NCBI GenBank assembly: GCA_044226015.1
Contig: JBGAHS010000009.1
Span: forward strand, 160,001-224,000
Direction: 5' to 3'
DNA length: 64,000 bases
Source: Candidatus Obscuribacteraceae bacterium
Lineage (GTDB): Bacteria; Cyanobacteriota; Vampirovibrionia; Obscuribacterales; Obscuribacteraceae
The notes beneath the pieces were generated by a model. That model was not told where the DNA came from, made no database searches, and saw only the letters and a list, made by a program, of their open reading frames with translations. Position 1 is the first letter of the stretch. Every line of letters begins with the position of its first letter. Shown here piece after piece: positions 48,302 through 57,229 of the stretch. A program made the translations under genes and the position numbers.

Positions 48302-48993
48302 TGAAAAGACGAAAGATAATTAGCTGGACGGCGCTCATAGCTTTACCGCTAAGTCTGCTCTCGTTTTTCGTGTTGTCTCATCCGTTTCGCGATGAGATTG
48401 CAAGTAGAACCTTTGGGTTGAGTTATCTTTCGCCCACGCAGGTCAATAACATTTCCATTGCGGCAAATGCACTCAATGGCTACGTTCTAGAGCCTGGACA
48501 GGTATTCTCCTTTAACCGCATTGTCGGACCGAGAACCGATTCTAGAGGCTATCGCTCTGCCAGGTCCTATCTGGGTAATGAGAGTCCTGCTACCTTCGGT
48601 GGTGGCATCTGCCTTCTTTCATCAGGTTTGTATCAGGACGCTTTGATCGCCGGGCTAAAGATTGAAGAGCGTCTGCCTCACTTGCGCACAATCTCAAGTG
48701 TAGAACCGGGACTAGATGCGACTGTGTGGTATGGGAATGCTGATCTGAAAATTCGCAATACAACAGCCCACCCTCTGCAAATAAAAGCAGAAGTGCGCGA
48801 GCACAATTTGTACGTCAAGTTCATGTCCGAAAACGCAGCAGATATGCCAGTCAAGGCTGATCTGAGTACCTTCGTTGCTCGCAGAACAAAAAATGAGTTG
48901 CTTGTTGAGGTATTTCGAAATGTGGGGGGGAAGCGTTGCTTTGTTTCCCGAGATCACTATCAGCTGAGTTCTGCGCCCGGCACAAGAAGCTGA
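48301..48993 (+). CDS. VanW-family protein
   Basis: NISIAA..LNG..L.PGQVFSFN.IVG.R, GGGIC..S..LY, ER..H and PGLDATV...DLKIRN. The ATG overlaps the A2M stop (TAATG). Confidence 0.92.
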   Translation: MKRRKIISWTALIALPLSLLSFFVLSHPFRDEIASRTFGLSYLSPTQVNNISIAANALNGYVLEPGQVFSFNRIVGPRTDSRGYRSARSYLGNESPATFGGGICLLSSGLYQDALIAGLKIEERLPHLRTISSVEPGLDATVWYGNADLKIRNTTAHPLQIKAEVREHNLYVKFMSENAADMPVKADLSTFVARRTKNELLVEVFRNVGGKRCFVSRDHYQLSSAPGTRS

Positions 48994-49005
48994 TTCGATT
49001 CATTG

Positions 49006-50304
49006 CTAGTTCTGGGTCTGAATTGAAGGGTCTACAGGCGGAGGCACCGCTGATGGTTTCAATTCGTTCTGTGGAGCTGCTATCGTTCTTTCATTTATTG
49101 GACGAGGGCTCATATCCTGAGTTGGGGCTTCAATGGCTCTTTCCTCGTACTCTTCAGCGGCTTCTTTTGCTAGTTTTGCTGCAGCTTCTTTCTCTTTTTG
49201 CGCTGCCTCAATTTGTTTCAGACGATTAGAAACTTCGAAATTGAGTTCGCTTGGAAGTGTTTCGCGATTGCGAATGTCTGTCCAGACTCGCAGGGAAAAC
49301 TTCAATGAGTCTTTTGAAAATTCATCAAATGAAACTATAGGTTTTGGTTCTTTTACGACTAGCTGATTTTGGTTTGCTATGCCCAGCAGCAAGCTTCGAA
49401 CGTCCTCTGGTGCCATGCTTCCTGGAAAAGTCATTGAGCACTTAATACCTACGCTTCTTCCATTGTACGTACAGTTGATTACGTTTGAGGAAACAAACTG
49501 AGAGTTAGGCACCACAATTGCGATGTTGTTGCTTGTCATAACCGTGGTGGCACGCAGAGAAATCTCTTTGACCTCACCAGTTACATCTCCGATCTGCACT
49601 TGATCGCCAATCTTAATGGGACGTTCAAACAAAATGATTATGCCGCTTACCAGATTATTTGTTATTGTCTGTAATCCGAAACTGAGACCGATACTGAGAG
49701 CGCCGAGCATAACTGTCATTGCACTCAGGTCGATTCCTGCAGTCTGCAGCAAAATCACAAAGCCAACAAACAGTACGCCGTACTGCACGGCTGAAGCAAA
49801 AGCCTGCCTCGCACCGACATCCATCTTTGTTTTAATCAGATAACGCGAAACCAATATATTGCGCAGCTGGCCTGTGAACCTTACGAGCAAAAATGACAGC
49901 GCCAGAATATAGAGAAGTGATAAAAGTGTTAATTGAGAGTTTCCAATTTTTGCAAGTTTCAGATCGAGAATTCCCTGAATCAACTTGTAACCGGAATGAA
50001 CCTGATTGCCGACCCAGCCATCAAGACCGACCAAATGCAAGGTCAGCCAGATTCCTAGAAAGACTAGAGCAATTCGACTGGCTCTGACTAGAAATGTCAG
50101 CACAGCCTTGTCAAGTTTCTCTATCTTGGGAGAGACTTTCTTTAGAAGCAACCCGTTCAACTTTGGAGCCAGCCAAACAACCGCGCAACTGAGCACCAAC
50201 AGCTCTATCAAAGTCAGAACTGTGATGACGTGAGTTCCCAGCCTCAAGAGCTCTAGCTGCATGTAGGGCAATATTGGCTGGAAAAACAATGAAATGCTAT
50301 CCAT
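49006..50304 (-). CDS. MscS-family mechanosensitive channel
   Basis: IGLSFGLQ....NLVSGIIILFERPIKIGD, ISLRAT, VPNS. Start placed at ATG 50304. Confidence 0.92.
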   Translation of the reverse strand: MDSISLFFQPILPYMQLELLRLGTHVITVLTLIELLVLSCAVVWLAPKLNGLLLKKVSPKIEKLDKAVLTFLVRASRIALVFLGIWLTLHLVGLDGWVGNQVHSGYKLIQGILDLKLAKIGNSQLTLLSLLYILALSFLLVRFTGQLRNILVSRYLIKTKMDVGARQAFASAVQYGVLFVGFVILLQTAGIDLSAMTVMLGALSIGLSFGLQTITNNLVSGIIILFERPIKIGDQVQIGDVTGEVKEISLRATTVMTSNNIAIVVPNSQFVSSNVINCTYNGRSVGIKCSMTFPGSMAPEDVRSLLLGIANQNQLVVKEPKPIVSFDEFSKDSLKFSLRVWTDIRNRETLPSELNFEVSNRLKQIEAAQKEKEAAAKLAKEAAEEYEERAIEAPTQDMSPRPINERTIAAPQNELKPSAVPPPVDPSIQTQN

Positions 50305-50437
50305 AGTCCGCCTCTCTCGGTGTCTTAGGGATGGACTGGGAGCTAAATCTTTAGTTCCCGCATCATTAAACACTAGCAAGCAGGCATTGAAGCTTGTTGT
50401 TTTTGGTAGACTTTTCTTGCCCCTTGCATGGCTAAGA

Positions 50438-53401
50438 ATGCTCAAACCCAGTCTGGCAAAATCTCTAGTGCTGCTCTTCGTTCTTCTGGTCATGCTAGAG
50501 TCATTTTTTCTCGGGCTGATTTCGTTCGATGTATTGAACGTTGAAAATCAAGCTCAAAAAGAGATGAAGGCAATCAACGTTTCGCTGGGCATGTATCAAG
50601 CGATGCACGAATGGGTCGATGTTCAAAGAGCATTCGATGCCGCCGATGATGCTGTCGCGGAAAACAGCCCGAGAGCGGCTGAAAAATTAGCCTATGCAGA
50701 GAAGAAGGATCAGGAATTCAGAAAAGGACTCGTTGAGAAGGAAAAGCAGGTTTTCGATGTTGTTGGAGATCGAAGGCTCATGGTCCAGCTACAGGACTCA
50801 GCGTTTCATTTCTTGGAACAGAATCGCCTGAAAAATCATCCAACTGCTGATACAAATTTGCAAGACCTGGAAATGGACCATCTCAAAGCTGGAAAAGAAT
50901 GTGTCAAGTTGTTGGCACTTCAGATCATGCAAATAAGGAAGAAGGTGGCTAGTGCACCTCCACCGCATCCGCTTGGATTGACTCCCACCACTGTTGTTAA
51001 CATTGCGGTAGCAACGAACCTCATCTACATGCTCTTATTTGCGATATACATAAGAAGGGCAATCAGTTTGCCTTTGGGTAGGCTAGCAGACAGCTGCGAG
51101 AAACTTCGCCTTCACGAGAAACTAGAAAAAATGCCGGTTTCGAAAACAGAAATAGGAGCCCTTCAGCAGAGTTTTCAGGACATGTCTGAACAGGTTATGC
51201 AAAACGAAATGCAGCGGTCTAGCTATCTACAGATATTACAGTCGGTGCAGAGTGCTGCTCTGAGCAGGGTTAAGAGCTCTTTCGAGCAATTGATCGCTAT
51301 GTCGAATTGCTCGGACAAAGCCAAGCAAAGAATCACGCGAGCAAAGAACAATGTAGATTCACTGCTAACTTTGCTTCAATCAATGACTGAGCAGCTGGCT
51401 TCATCTAGGCAATCAGCACCAAAAATGCAGATAGGCACATGCAAGGTTAGCAGCCTCGTGCAGGAAGTTGCATCTAGTGTTGAGTCTCTCTTACAACAGC
51501 GAAAAATTCGGCTTGAGGTCACCCAGGTTGATTTCGATGTTAATGTTGATAGAGCTTTGATTTCACGCGTCTTATTGAATCTGGTTTCGAATGCAATTAA
51601 ATATTCTCCTGAAGGCGGTGTCGTTAGAATTTCGTTGAGCAATGAGAAGTCGGTATTCAGATTTGCTGTCAAGGATGATGGACCCGGCATATCTGAAGAA
51701 GGCCGTTCTAAATTGTTCAAGCGCTATCAGCAACTCGAGGCGTTGGATGGTGTCAAGCGAAGTGGCACTGGGCTGGGCCTGGTGATTGCAAAAGAGTTTG
51801 TCGAGTTGCATGGTGGCAAGATATCTTGCGATAGCACACCCGGGCAGGGAAGTCAGTTCTGCTTCGAGATTCCGCAAAACAAAGCTCGTTTACAAAAAAC
51901 GTCGGACGCTCAGTTGAGCCAGACGAAAACTGAGACTGGTGATTCCAAAAAAAGGAAAAATAATCATGCAAATAGCATTCTTTCACGCTTTGCTTTCACT
52001 TTGATCATCTTCTTATGCACTCAAATCTTCTTGTTCTTTCAATTGAATGTTTTGTTGAAGCAGTCGGCCGATAAAGCCACTGTTTATGTCTTGCGCAAGC
52101 AGGAGTGTTTGGAGACCGAAGAACTCTATGCAAAGTTTTGCTATTTTGGTCGAATTGTGGAAATTGCGGCTCGCACACAAGATTTGGGAAGCGCAAAAAC
52201 AAGTGTCAAGTTTTTGCAAGAGCATCTAAAGCAACTCGCTTCGTTTCACAAAATAATTCCCAAAGATGATCCGATCTTCAATATATTGAAGGTTGTTCGC
52301 TCGCGGGAATCATATCTCTTTAAGGGACTCTCTCACTTTCTTGATGATCCGCAATCTGTACTCAGTCATGTGAACGATTTCGCCAAAGAAGTCGCTGAGC
52401 TTGCTACGAAAATTGCCAATGACCTTATTCGGGTTATGGATTTCGCGGTGGATGAAGTGCGGCTTACGTTCGAGTCGACTCGCGACTTGCGCAACGATAT
52501 TCTCTTTATGTTGGGCATGTCTGCCGTCTTTGATCTTCTGATTATTTCAGCAGCCAGTTACATTGGCTTGAACATGGCTGGAAAAATTTTGATTCTAAAA
52601 TCAAAGGCGGAGACCTTTGCTGCAGGCAAGGAAATAGCACCTTCAATAAAAGGAAATGACGAACTTTCATTCCTTGATCAGCGCTTGTGTCTTGCTGCTC
52701 AAGACATTCTAGATGCTGCTGCGGAGAAGAAAGAACTGCTTGCGATCATCAATCACGATTTGCGCACTCCTCTAGCCTCAATTTTGGGAACCACTCAGAT
52801 GCTATCGCAGGGAGTTCTGGGTCCATTGCCAGCTCATGAGGCTCAAATTAGTCAAAAGACTGAAAGAGAATTGACTTATCTGCTTCAACAGATAAATGAC
52901 TTGCTTTTGATGGAAAAGATAGAGTCAGGTTCGTACTCTGTTGCCAGCGAAGAGCTCGACTTGCGTGAAGTGATAAACATGGTGAGCGCTGAGTTGAAAC
53001 CTTTTGGTGAGGAGAAGGGATTGCGTCTTCGTGTCGATACACAGCCAGATAAAATCAAGTTGGTATGTGACAGACAATTATTAACTCGGCTTCTCGGGAT
53101 TGTTCTGCAGAATGCGATAGCCGCATCGCAAAAGCAAGGACAAATCAGCGTTATTGTGCGCCTGAATACAGAGGCAGTTGATATCAACGTCGTAAATTCA
53201 GGTGCTACGATCGATCCGTCCTTGCGTTCTGTAATTTTTGAACGATTTCGATATGTCAACGGCAGCGCAATTACTGGCTTTGGTTTGCCACTGGCTTCGA
53301 GGATATGCAAGATTCAAAATGCCAGCATTGATTTGCAATCTGAGGGCGATAGAACTACAGCCCATATTTGCATAGGACTGACGAATTCGCCGGTAAAATA
53401 G
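50438..53401 (+). CDS. Internally duplicated membrane sensor histidine kinase (TM-sensor-TM-HAMP-DHp-CA) x2
   Basis: Module 1 CA: NLVSNAIKYS, DDGPG, GTGLGL. Module 2 H-box: NHDLRTPL. Four TM segments. Confidence 0.9.
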   Translation: MLKPSLAKSLVLLFVLLVMLESFFLGLISFDVLNVENQAQKEMKAINVSLGMYQAMHEWVDVQRAFDAADDAVAENSPRAAEKLAYAEKKDQEFRKGLVEKEKQVFDVVGDRRLMVQLQDSAFHFLEQNRLKNHPTADTNLQDLEMDHLKAGKECVKLLALQIMQIRKKVASAPPPHPLGLTPTTVVNIAVATNLIYMLLFAIYIRRAISLPLGRLADSCEKLRLHEKLEKMPVSKTEIGALQQSFQDMSEQVMQNEMQRSSYLQILQSVQSAALSRVKSSFEQLIAMSNCSDKAKQRITRAKNNVDSLLTLLQSMTEQLASSRQSAPKMQIGTCKVSSLVQEVASSVESLLQQRKIRLEVTQVDFDVNVDRALISRVLLNLVSNAIKYSPEGGVVRISLSNEKSVFRFAVKDDGPGISEEGRSKLFKRYQQLEALDGVKRSGTGLGLVIAKEFVELHGGKISCDSTPGQGSQFCFEIPQNKARLQKTSDAQLSQTKTETGDSKKRKNNHANSILSRFAFTLIIFLCTQIFLFFQLNVLLKQSADKATVYVLRKQECLETEELYAKFCYFGRIVEIAARTQDLGSAKTSVKFLQEHLKQLASFHKIIPKDDPIFNILKVVRSRESYLFKGLSHFLDDPQSVLSHVNDFAKEVAELATKIANDLIRVMDFAVDEVRLTFESTRDLRNDILFMLGMSAVFDLLIISAASYIGLNMAGKILILKSKAETFAAGKEIAPSIKGNDELSFLDQRLCLAAQDILDAAAEKKELLAIINHDLRTPLASILGTTQMLSQGVLGPLPAHEAQISQKTERELTYLLQQINDLLLMEKIESGSYSVASEELDLREVINMVSAELKPFGEEKGLRLRVDTQPDKIKLVCDRQLLTRLLGIVLQNAIAASQKQGQISVIVRLNTEAVDINVVNSGATIDPSLRSVIFERFRYVNGSAITGFGLPLASRICKIQNASIDLQSEGDRTTAHICIGLTNSPVK

Positions 53402-53493
53402 GTCAAAGAACAGTTTTGAAATTGTCTCTGACCTCAGTTCGGTGCTTTAAGGCAGCTGTAAGATCATGATATTCGGTCTTCAGCAGGTGAGTC

Positions 53494-56100
53494 ATGAGCG
53501 CAATAATTTCGTCGGAAGTTTCTACAAGAGTAAATAAGCCATGGTCGTTTCAGGAGGCTCTTAACGCATTTCTAGCCTCCCCTACCGATGTTTACCTCAA
53601 TTTCGTATTGATGCAATTGGCCAAACGAGATGGAAGAGAAAGAGAGGCGGCTGGCATTATCGAATCTCGCTTGAATGTAATTCGGCGAAGCCAGCCACGT
53701 CGAGGGGATCTAAGGCAAGTGAATCTGCTTTCACTGCTTTCTGGACGGGTGGGCGTTCAAGAGTGTCTACAAATTGAGGCGATGAGAGAACACTACGGAT
53801 TTGCTGACCCCTCGCCGCTGGCTCAGGGTGCTTTCGCTTCGAATGGAACCGCTGCAGACAGATTGTCTCCAAATCAGGATTTCTCGCCGCCCGCCTCAGA
53901 AAAGCGGATTCCCTTCGCTTCTTTGGCTGTTCCGGATCAAAAGAGCCATCCCTGGTCTGAAATGCTGGCTGCGTCGACGCCTGCACAAAATCCTTCAGCC
54001 TTGTCCAGGCTTATGCCTGCGGATTTCCTGTTTGCTGAATCAAGGTCTGCAAAACGTTTATTAGAAACGATGGAGACAATCTGTGAGTGGGGCGACACAA
54101 TCTCTCGCAGTTTGCAAAAGAAATCGAATGCAAACAAGACAGTCATGCGGGCTGCAAACAAGTTGGGGATAGATCGCTTTCTGGAGCGAATCGAGATTCT
54201 TGACTCTGTTGAATCCGCTGTTGCCAGCTCAGACCTTTTTCTCAGTGAGGGCACGGACATTTCAGTTTTGTTGCGGTTTAAAGCAGATGATTCCATGTCT
54301 GTTTATCTTGCGGATTTGTCTTCGAAGCGTCATGTTCGTGCTCATAGGTATCGTGAGCACTCCTACGATGAATTGATTCATGAAGGTTTTACAAGTTTTT
54401 CCGCCAAACTAGATGAGCAAACATTTTTGTGCAGTAATTCGCAAAAAGCAGCTCATAAGATTCTCGATGCTTGCATCTCGAAAGTGAGCCTCGGCAATTC
54501 CGATGAATTCAAATACATAAGAACTCTGATGCCAGAGTCAGAGTCTGCCGACGAAGTGCTTTTGTATTTTTCGGACCCCTTCATTCATCATATTGTGAGC
54601 CCTAAATTGCGTGTGACAGAACACAGACGAATCAGTTGCCTGGCAAATCTACGTCTTTTCGAATATTCCGTGCTTTTATTCAGAACGCAGTTTGGAAGAA
54701 ACCCCGTTTCGCTGGCAGAAATAGCTGAACGAGGCTGTTTACCTGCAGCTGCCAATCAGGGACGGCTCTGCTGCCCATGTTCTGGTACATATTCGCTAAT
54801 CGAAGAAAAGCAGGACGAACTAGCGTTTCCGAAATGCTCTTCGCATGGCAGTGCGAGCCACTTGATTCCCTGTATCGATTTTGACTATGGCGACGCCACA
54901 GAAGCTGAAGCTGCAGAATATACTCAATTCGTCAATGAATACAACCGCTATTGGCAAAATTATTTTGACCCTATCGGAGTACGATTTGCATACGACAGAG
55001 CAAAAAATGCAAAAACAGTTGAGACTATCATTTTGCCATTGATGCAAAACAGCATTTATTCGGGATTGGCTTCCGTAGTGAGAAACGCAAGTCCGGCGAA
55101 TTTAGAAGACCCTGTGACTCCGAACTCAAGCATCTTCTCTGCTGCATTCCGCTTCGATGCAGATGTGGTCAAAGAGGCGCTGCATGCCAACCAGCAAGCT
55201 TCCATGTATAAGAGCGTTCTCGATTCTCAAGTCGAAGCCTTGAATTATCGCAAGTTCCTCATTAATGGAGTTGATAAGCAAATAGGTTTTCACGTTATTG
55301 ATTCTGAGCCGCCTTTCACGCTCGATTTTTCCAAGGTGCTGGGCTTCGCTGTCGGTTCAATGTCTACCAATAACAATCGCGCCTTTGGTTCAAACCCACT
55401 TTTCCTGGCTGGAGCATTCATTCTCACAGCGATAAACTCACCTGTCTATCTGTCAATTCCTGTGCTCGATGAAGCCATAGTGGATAAGTTCTGTGCCGAC
55501 CTGTCTTCTCTTCTAGTTAAGGTCTGTCATCACAACCAGGTATTTGGAACCGACCCCTACTCATATAAGCTGGATGATGGAACTCAAGCTTACTGTGTCA
55601 CCATTTCGCTTTTGGCTGCCACCTTCCGCTTACATTGGGCGCGGGTTGGCTCTCGACTGGTCATCGCAAGTAAGCAATCTGTATTGACTCAGCTCTCTGA
55701 GGCTCTCCATGACAGTAGTAAGCGTGACTCAATAAACTATTTGTCTCCTCAGCTTTGCGCGCATGCTGGTGTTCGCTTGCGGCAGGAAAATTGGAATCGC
55801 ATCAAAGCTGATCTTGATGCTGCCGCTGCGGAAAACAATCGAGCAATATGCTTTAGCAATCAGGCTCCTCTGGGCAATCAGCTTCGTGCCGGTTTGTCTA
55901 TCAAGCAGATTGACAGGTATGTGTGTCCTTGTGGTGGCACTTACGAGTTGGACGGAAATATAGTTAAATGCTCAATTCACAATAACCCGTTGAAACCTGA
56001 ACAGGGCGTCAAGCATAGCAACGAGCGAGTAAGAGCTTTCAGTGCACAATTAGCTTTTCTCGAAGACGGTCTACACGCCAAGTTGATAATGGATTTGTAA
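53494..56100 (+). CDS. Large hypothetical protein with two CPCxGTY...CSxH motifs
   Basis: 868-aa ORF with SD AGGTGA. No family recognised. Confidence 0.8.
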   Translation: MSAIISSEVSTRVNKPWSFQEALNAFLASPTDVYLNFVLMQLAKRDGREREAAGIIESRLNVIRRSQPRRGDLRQVNLLSLLSGRVGVQECLQIEAMREHYGFADPSPLAQGAFASNGTAADRLSPNQDFSPPASEKRIPFASLAVPDQKSHPWSEMLAASTPAQNPSALSRLMPADFLFAESRSAKRLLETMETICEWGDTISRSLQKKSNANKTVMRAANKLGIDRFLERIEILDSVESAVASSDLFLSEGTDISVLLRFKADDSMSVYLADLSSKRHVRAHRYREHSYDELIHEGFTSFSAKLDEQTFLCSNSQKAAHKILDACISKVSLGNSDEFKYIRTLMPESESADEVLLYFSDPFIHHIVSPKLRVTEHRRISCLANLRLFEYSVLLFRTQFGRNPVSLAEIAERGCLPAAANQGRLCCPCSGTYSLIEEKQDELAFPKCSSHGSASHLIPCIDFDYGDATEAEAAEYTQFVNEYNRYWQNYFDPIGVRFAYDRAKNAKTVETIILPLMQNSIYSGLASVVRNASPANLEDPVTPNSSIFSAAFRFDADVVKEALHANQQASMYKSVLDSQVEALNYRKFLINGVDKQIGFHVIDSEPPFTLDFSKVLGFAVGSMSTNNNRAFGSNPLFLAGAFILTAINSPVYLSIPVLDEAIVDKFCADLSSLLVKVCHHNQVFGTDPYSYKLDDGTQAYCVTISLLAATFRLHWARVGSRLVIASKQSVLTQLSEALHDSSKRDSINYLSPQLCAHAGVRLRQENWNRIKADLDAAAAENNRAICFSNQAPLGNQLRAGLSIKQIDRYVCPCGGTYELDGNIVKCSIHNNPLKPEQGVKHSNERVRAFSAQLAFLEDGLHAKLIMDL

Positions 56101-56103
56101 GTG

Positions 56104-57201
56104 TCAATCAATCTTGATGATGTTGCGATGGAAGCGAGTAACTATGTTGGGATCAGGAGTGATGCGAACTTTCGCATGCTCTTTCCCAGCGTAGGGAAGC
56201 GAGTTGAGTACATATCTGATGCTCTCCAATCGTGCAAGCTTTTTATTATTTGCTTTCACGATGATCCACGGGCTAAACGATGTGTGCGTTTTGCCAAACA
56301 TCTCCTCTTTGTAATGAGTGTAGTCGTTCCACAATTCTTGAGCTCGCTCATCGATAGGGCTGAGCTTCCATTGTTTAAGCGGATTTGTTCTACGTGTGGC
56401 AAAGCGCTTTTCCTGCTCTTCCTTGGAAATAGAAAACCAGAATTTGATTATGCTCAGTCCGTCCTCATACAGCATGTGCTCCCACTCGGGCACCTGTTGC
56501 ATGAATCTGAGATATTCGCTTTCCGTGCAAAACTTGTTCACCGGCTCAACGACAGCACGGTTGTACCAGCTGCGGTCGAAGAATACCATTTCCCCTTCAT
56601 TAGGAAGGTGTTTTGAATAACGTTGAAAATACCATTGCCCTTTTTCTTCTTCGCTGGGTTTAGGCAGGGCTACTACACGAAGTGAACGGGGGTTGAGGTG
56701 CTCGGTAAATCGGCGAATTGAACCACCTTTGCCCGCCGCATCTCTGCCTTCAAAAATTATCGCCACGCGTTTGCTGTTGTCTTTAATCCACCTCTGAAGT
56801 TTGACCAGTTCTATCTGCAGATATACGAGTTCTTTCTCGTATCGCAGAGTTGTCATCACGTCTTTCAAGCGGATGTTTTTCGCTTTCAATAACTCTAAAA
56901 GACCGCGGTTTGAGTTAATTAAAACCAAATCGTCATGACTGAGATTGAAATCGGCTTTTGCGATTGACTTCTTCTTTAGGTCTTTTTCCTCATCGGCAAA
57001 CTTGGCTTCAGCTTCGTGAAAACGGGCTTCGGCTTCGAGCAGAAGTGTTTTTGCTTCGTTAAGCTGAGCTTCAGATTCCTTCAGTTCACTCTCAGCCACA
57101 TCTACAGTGCCGCGGGCCTTGAGCTGCTCTTTGTGCGGTTCTTTGTTGTGCTGCTGTTGCTTATTTGAGTCACCATTTTTTGAGTTGGAATCGGCACCCA
57201 T
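56104..57201 (-). CDS. ppk2: Polyphosphate kinase 2
   Basis: FEGRDAAGKGG P-loop, QWYFQRY, FDRSWYNRA and WKLSPID. Confidence 0.96.
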   Translation of the reverse strand: MGADSNSKNGDSNKQQQHNKEPHKEQLKARGTVDVAESELKESEAQLNEAKTLLLEAEARFHEAEAKFADEEKDLKKKSIAKADFNLSHDDLVLINSNRGLLELLKAKNIRLKDVMTTLRYEKELVYLQIELVKLQRWIKDNSKRVAIIFEGRDAAGKGGSIRRFTEHLNPRSLRVVALPKPSEEEKGQWYFQRYSKHLPNEGEMVFFDRSWYNRAVVEPVNKFCTESEYLRFMQQVPEWEHMLYEDGLSIIKFWFSISKEEQEKRFATRRTNPLKQWKLSPIDERAQELWNDYTHYKEEMFGKTHTSFSPWIIVKANNKKLARLESIRYVLNSLPYAGKEHAKVRITPDPNIVTRFHRNIIKID

Positions 57202-57229
57202 GTTTATTCCTCAAGACCATCCGAGACTA

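Noticed and set aside
50294..50493. Apparent head-to-head overlap of mscS and the histidine kinase
   Set aside because: An artefact of longest-ORF starts. Downstream ATGs (50304 minus strand, 50438 plus strand) remove the overlap.
56101..56616. 171-aa plus-strand ORF
   Set aside because: Entirely antisense to ppk2, with no family features.
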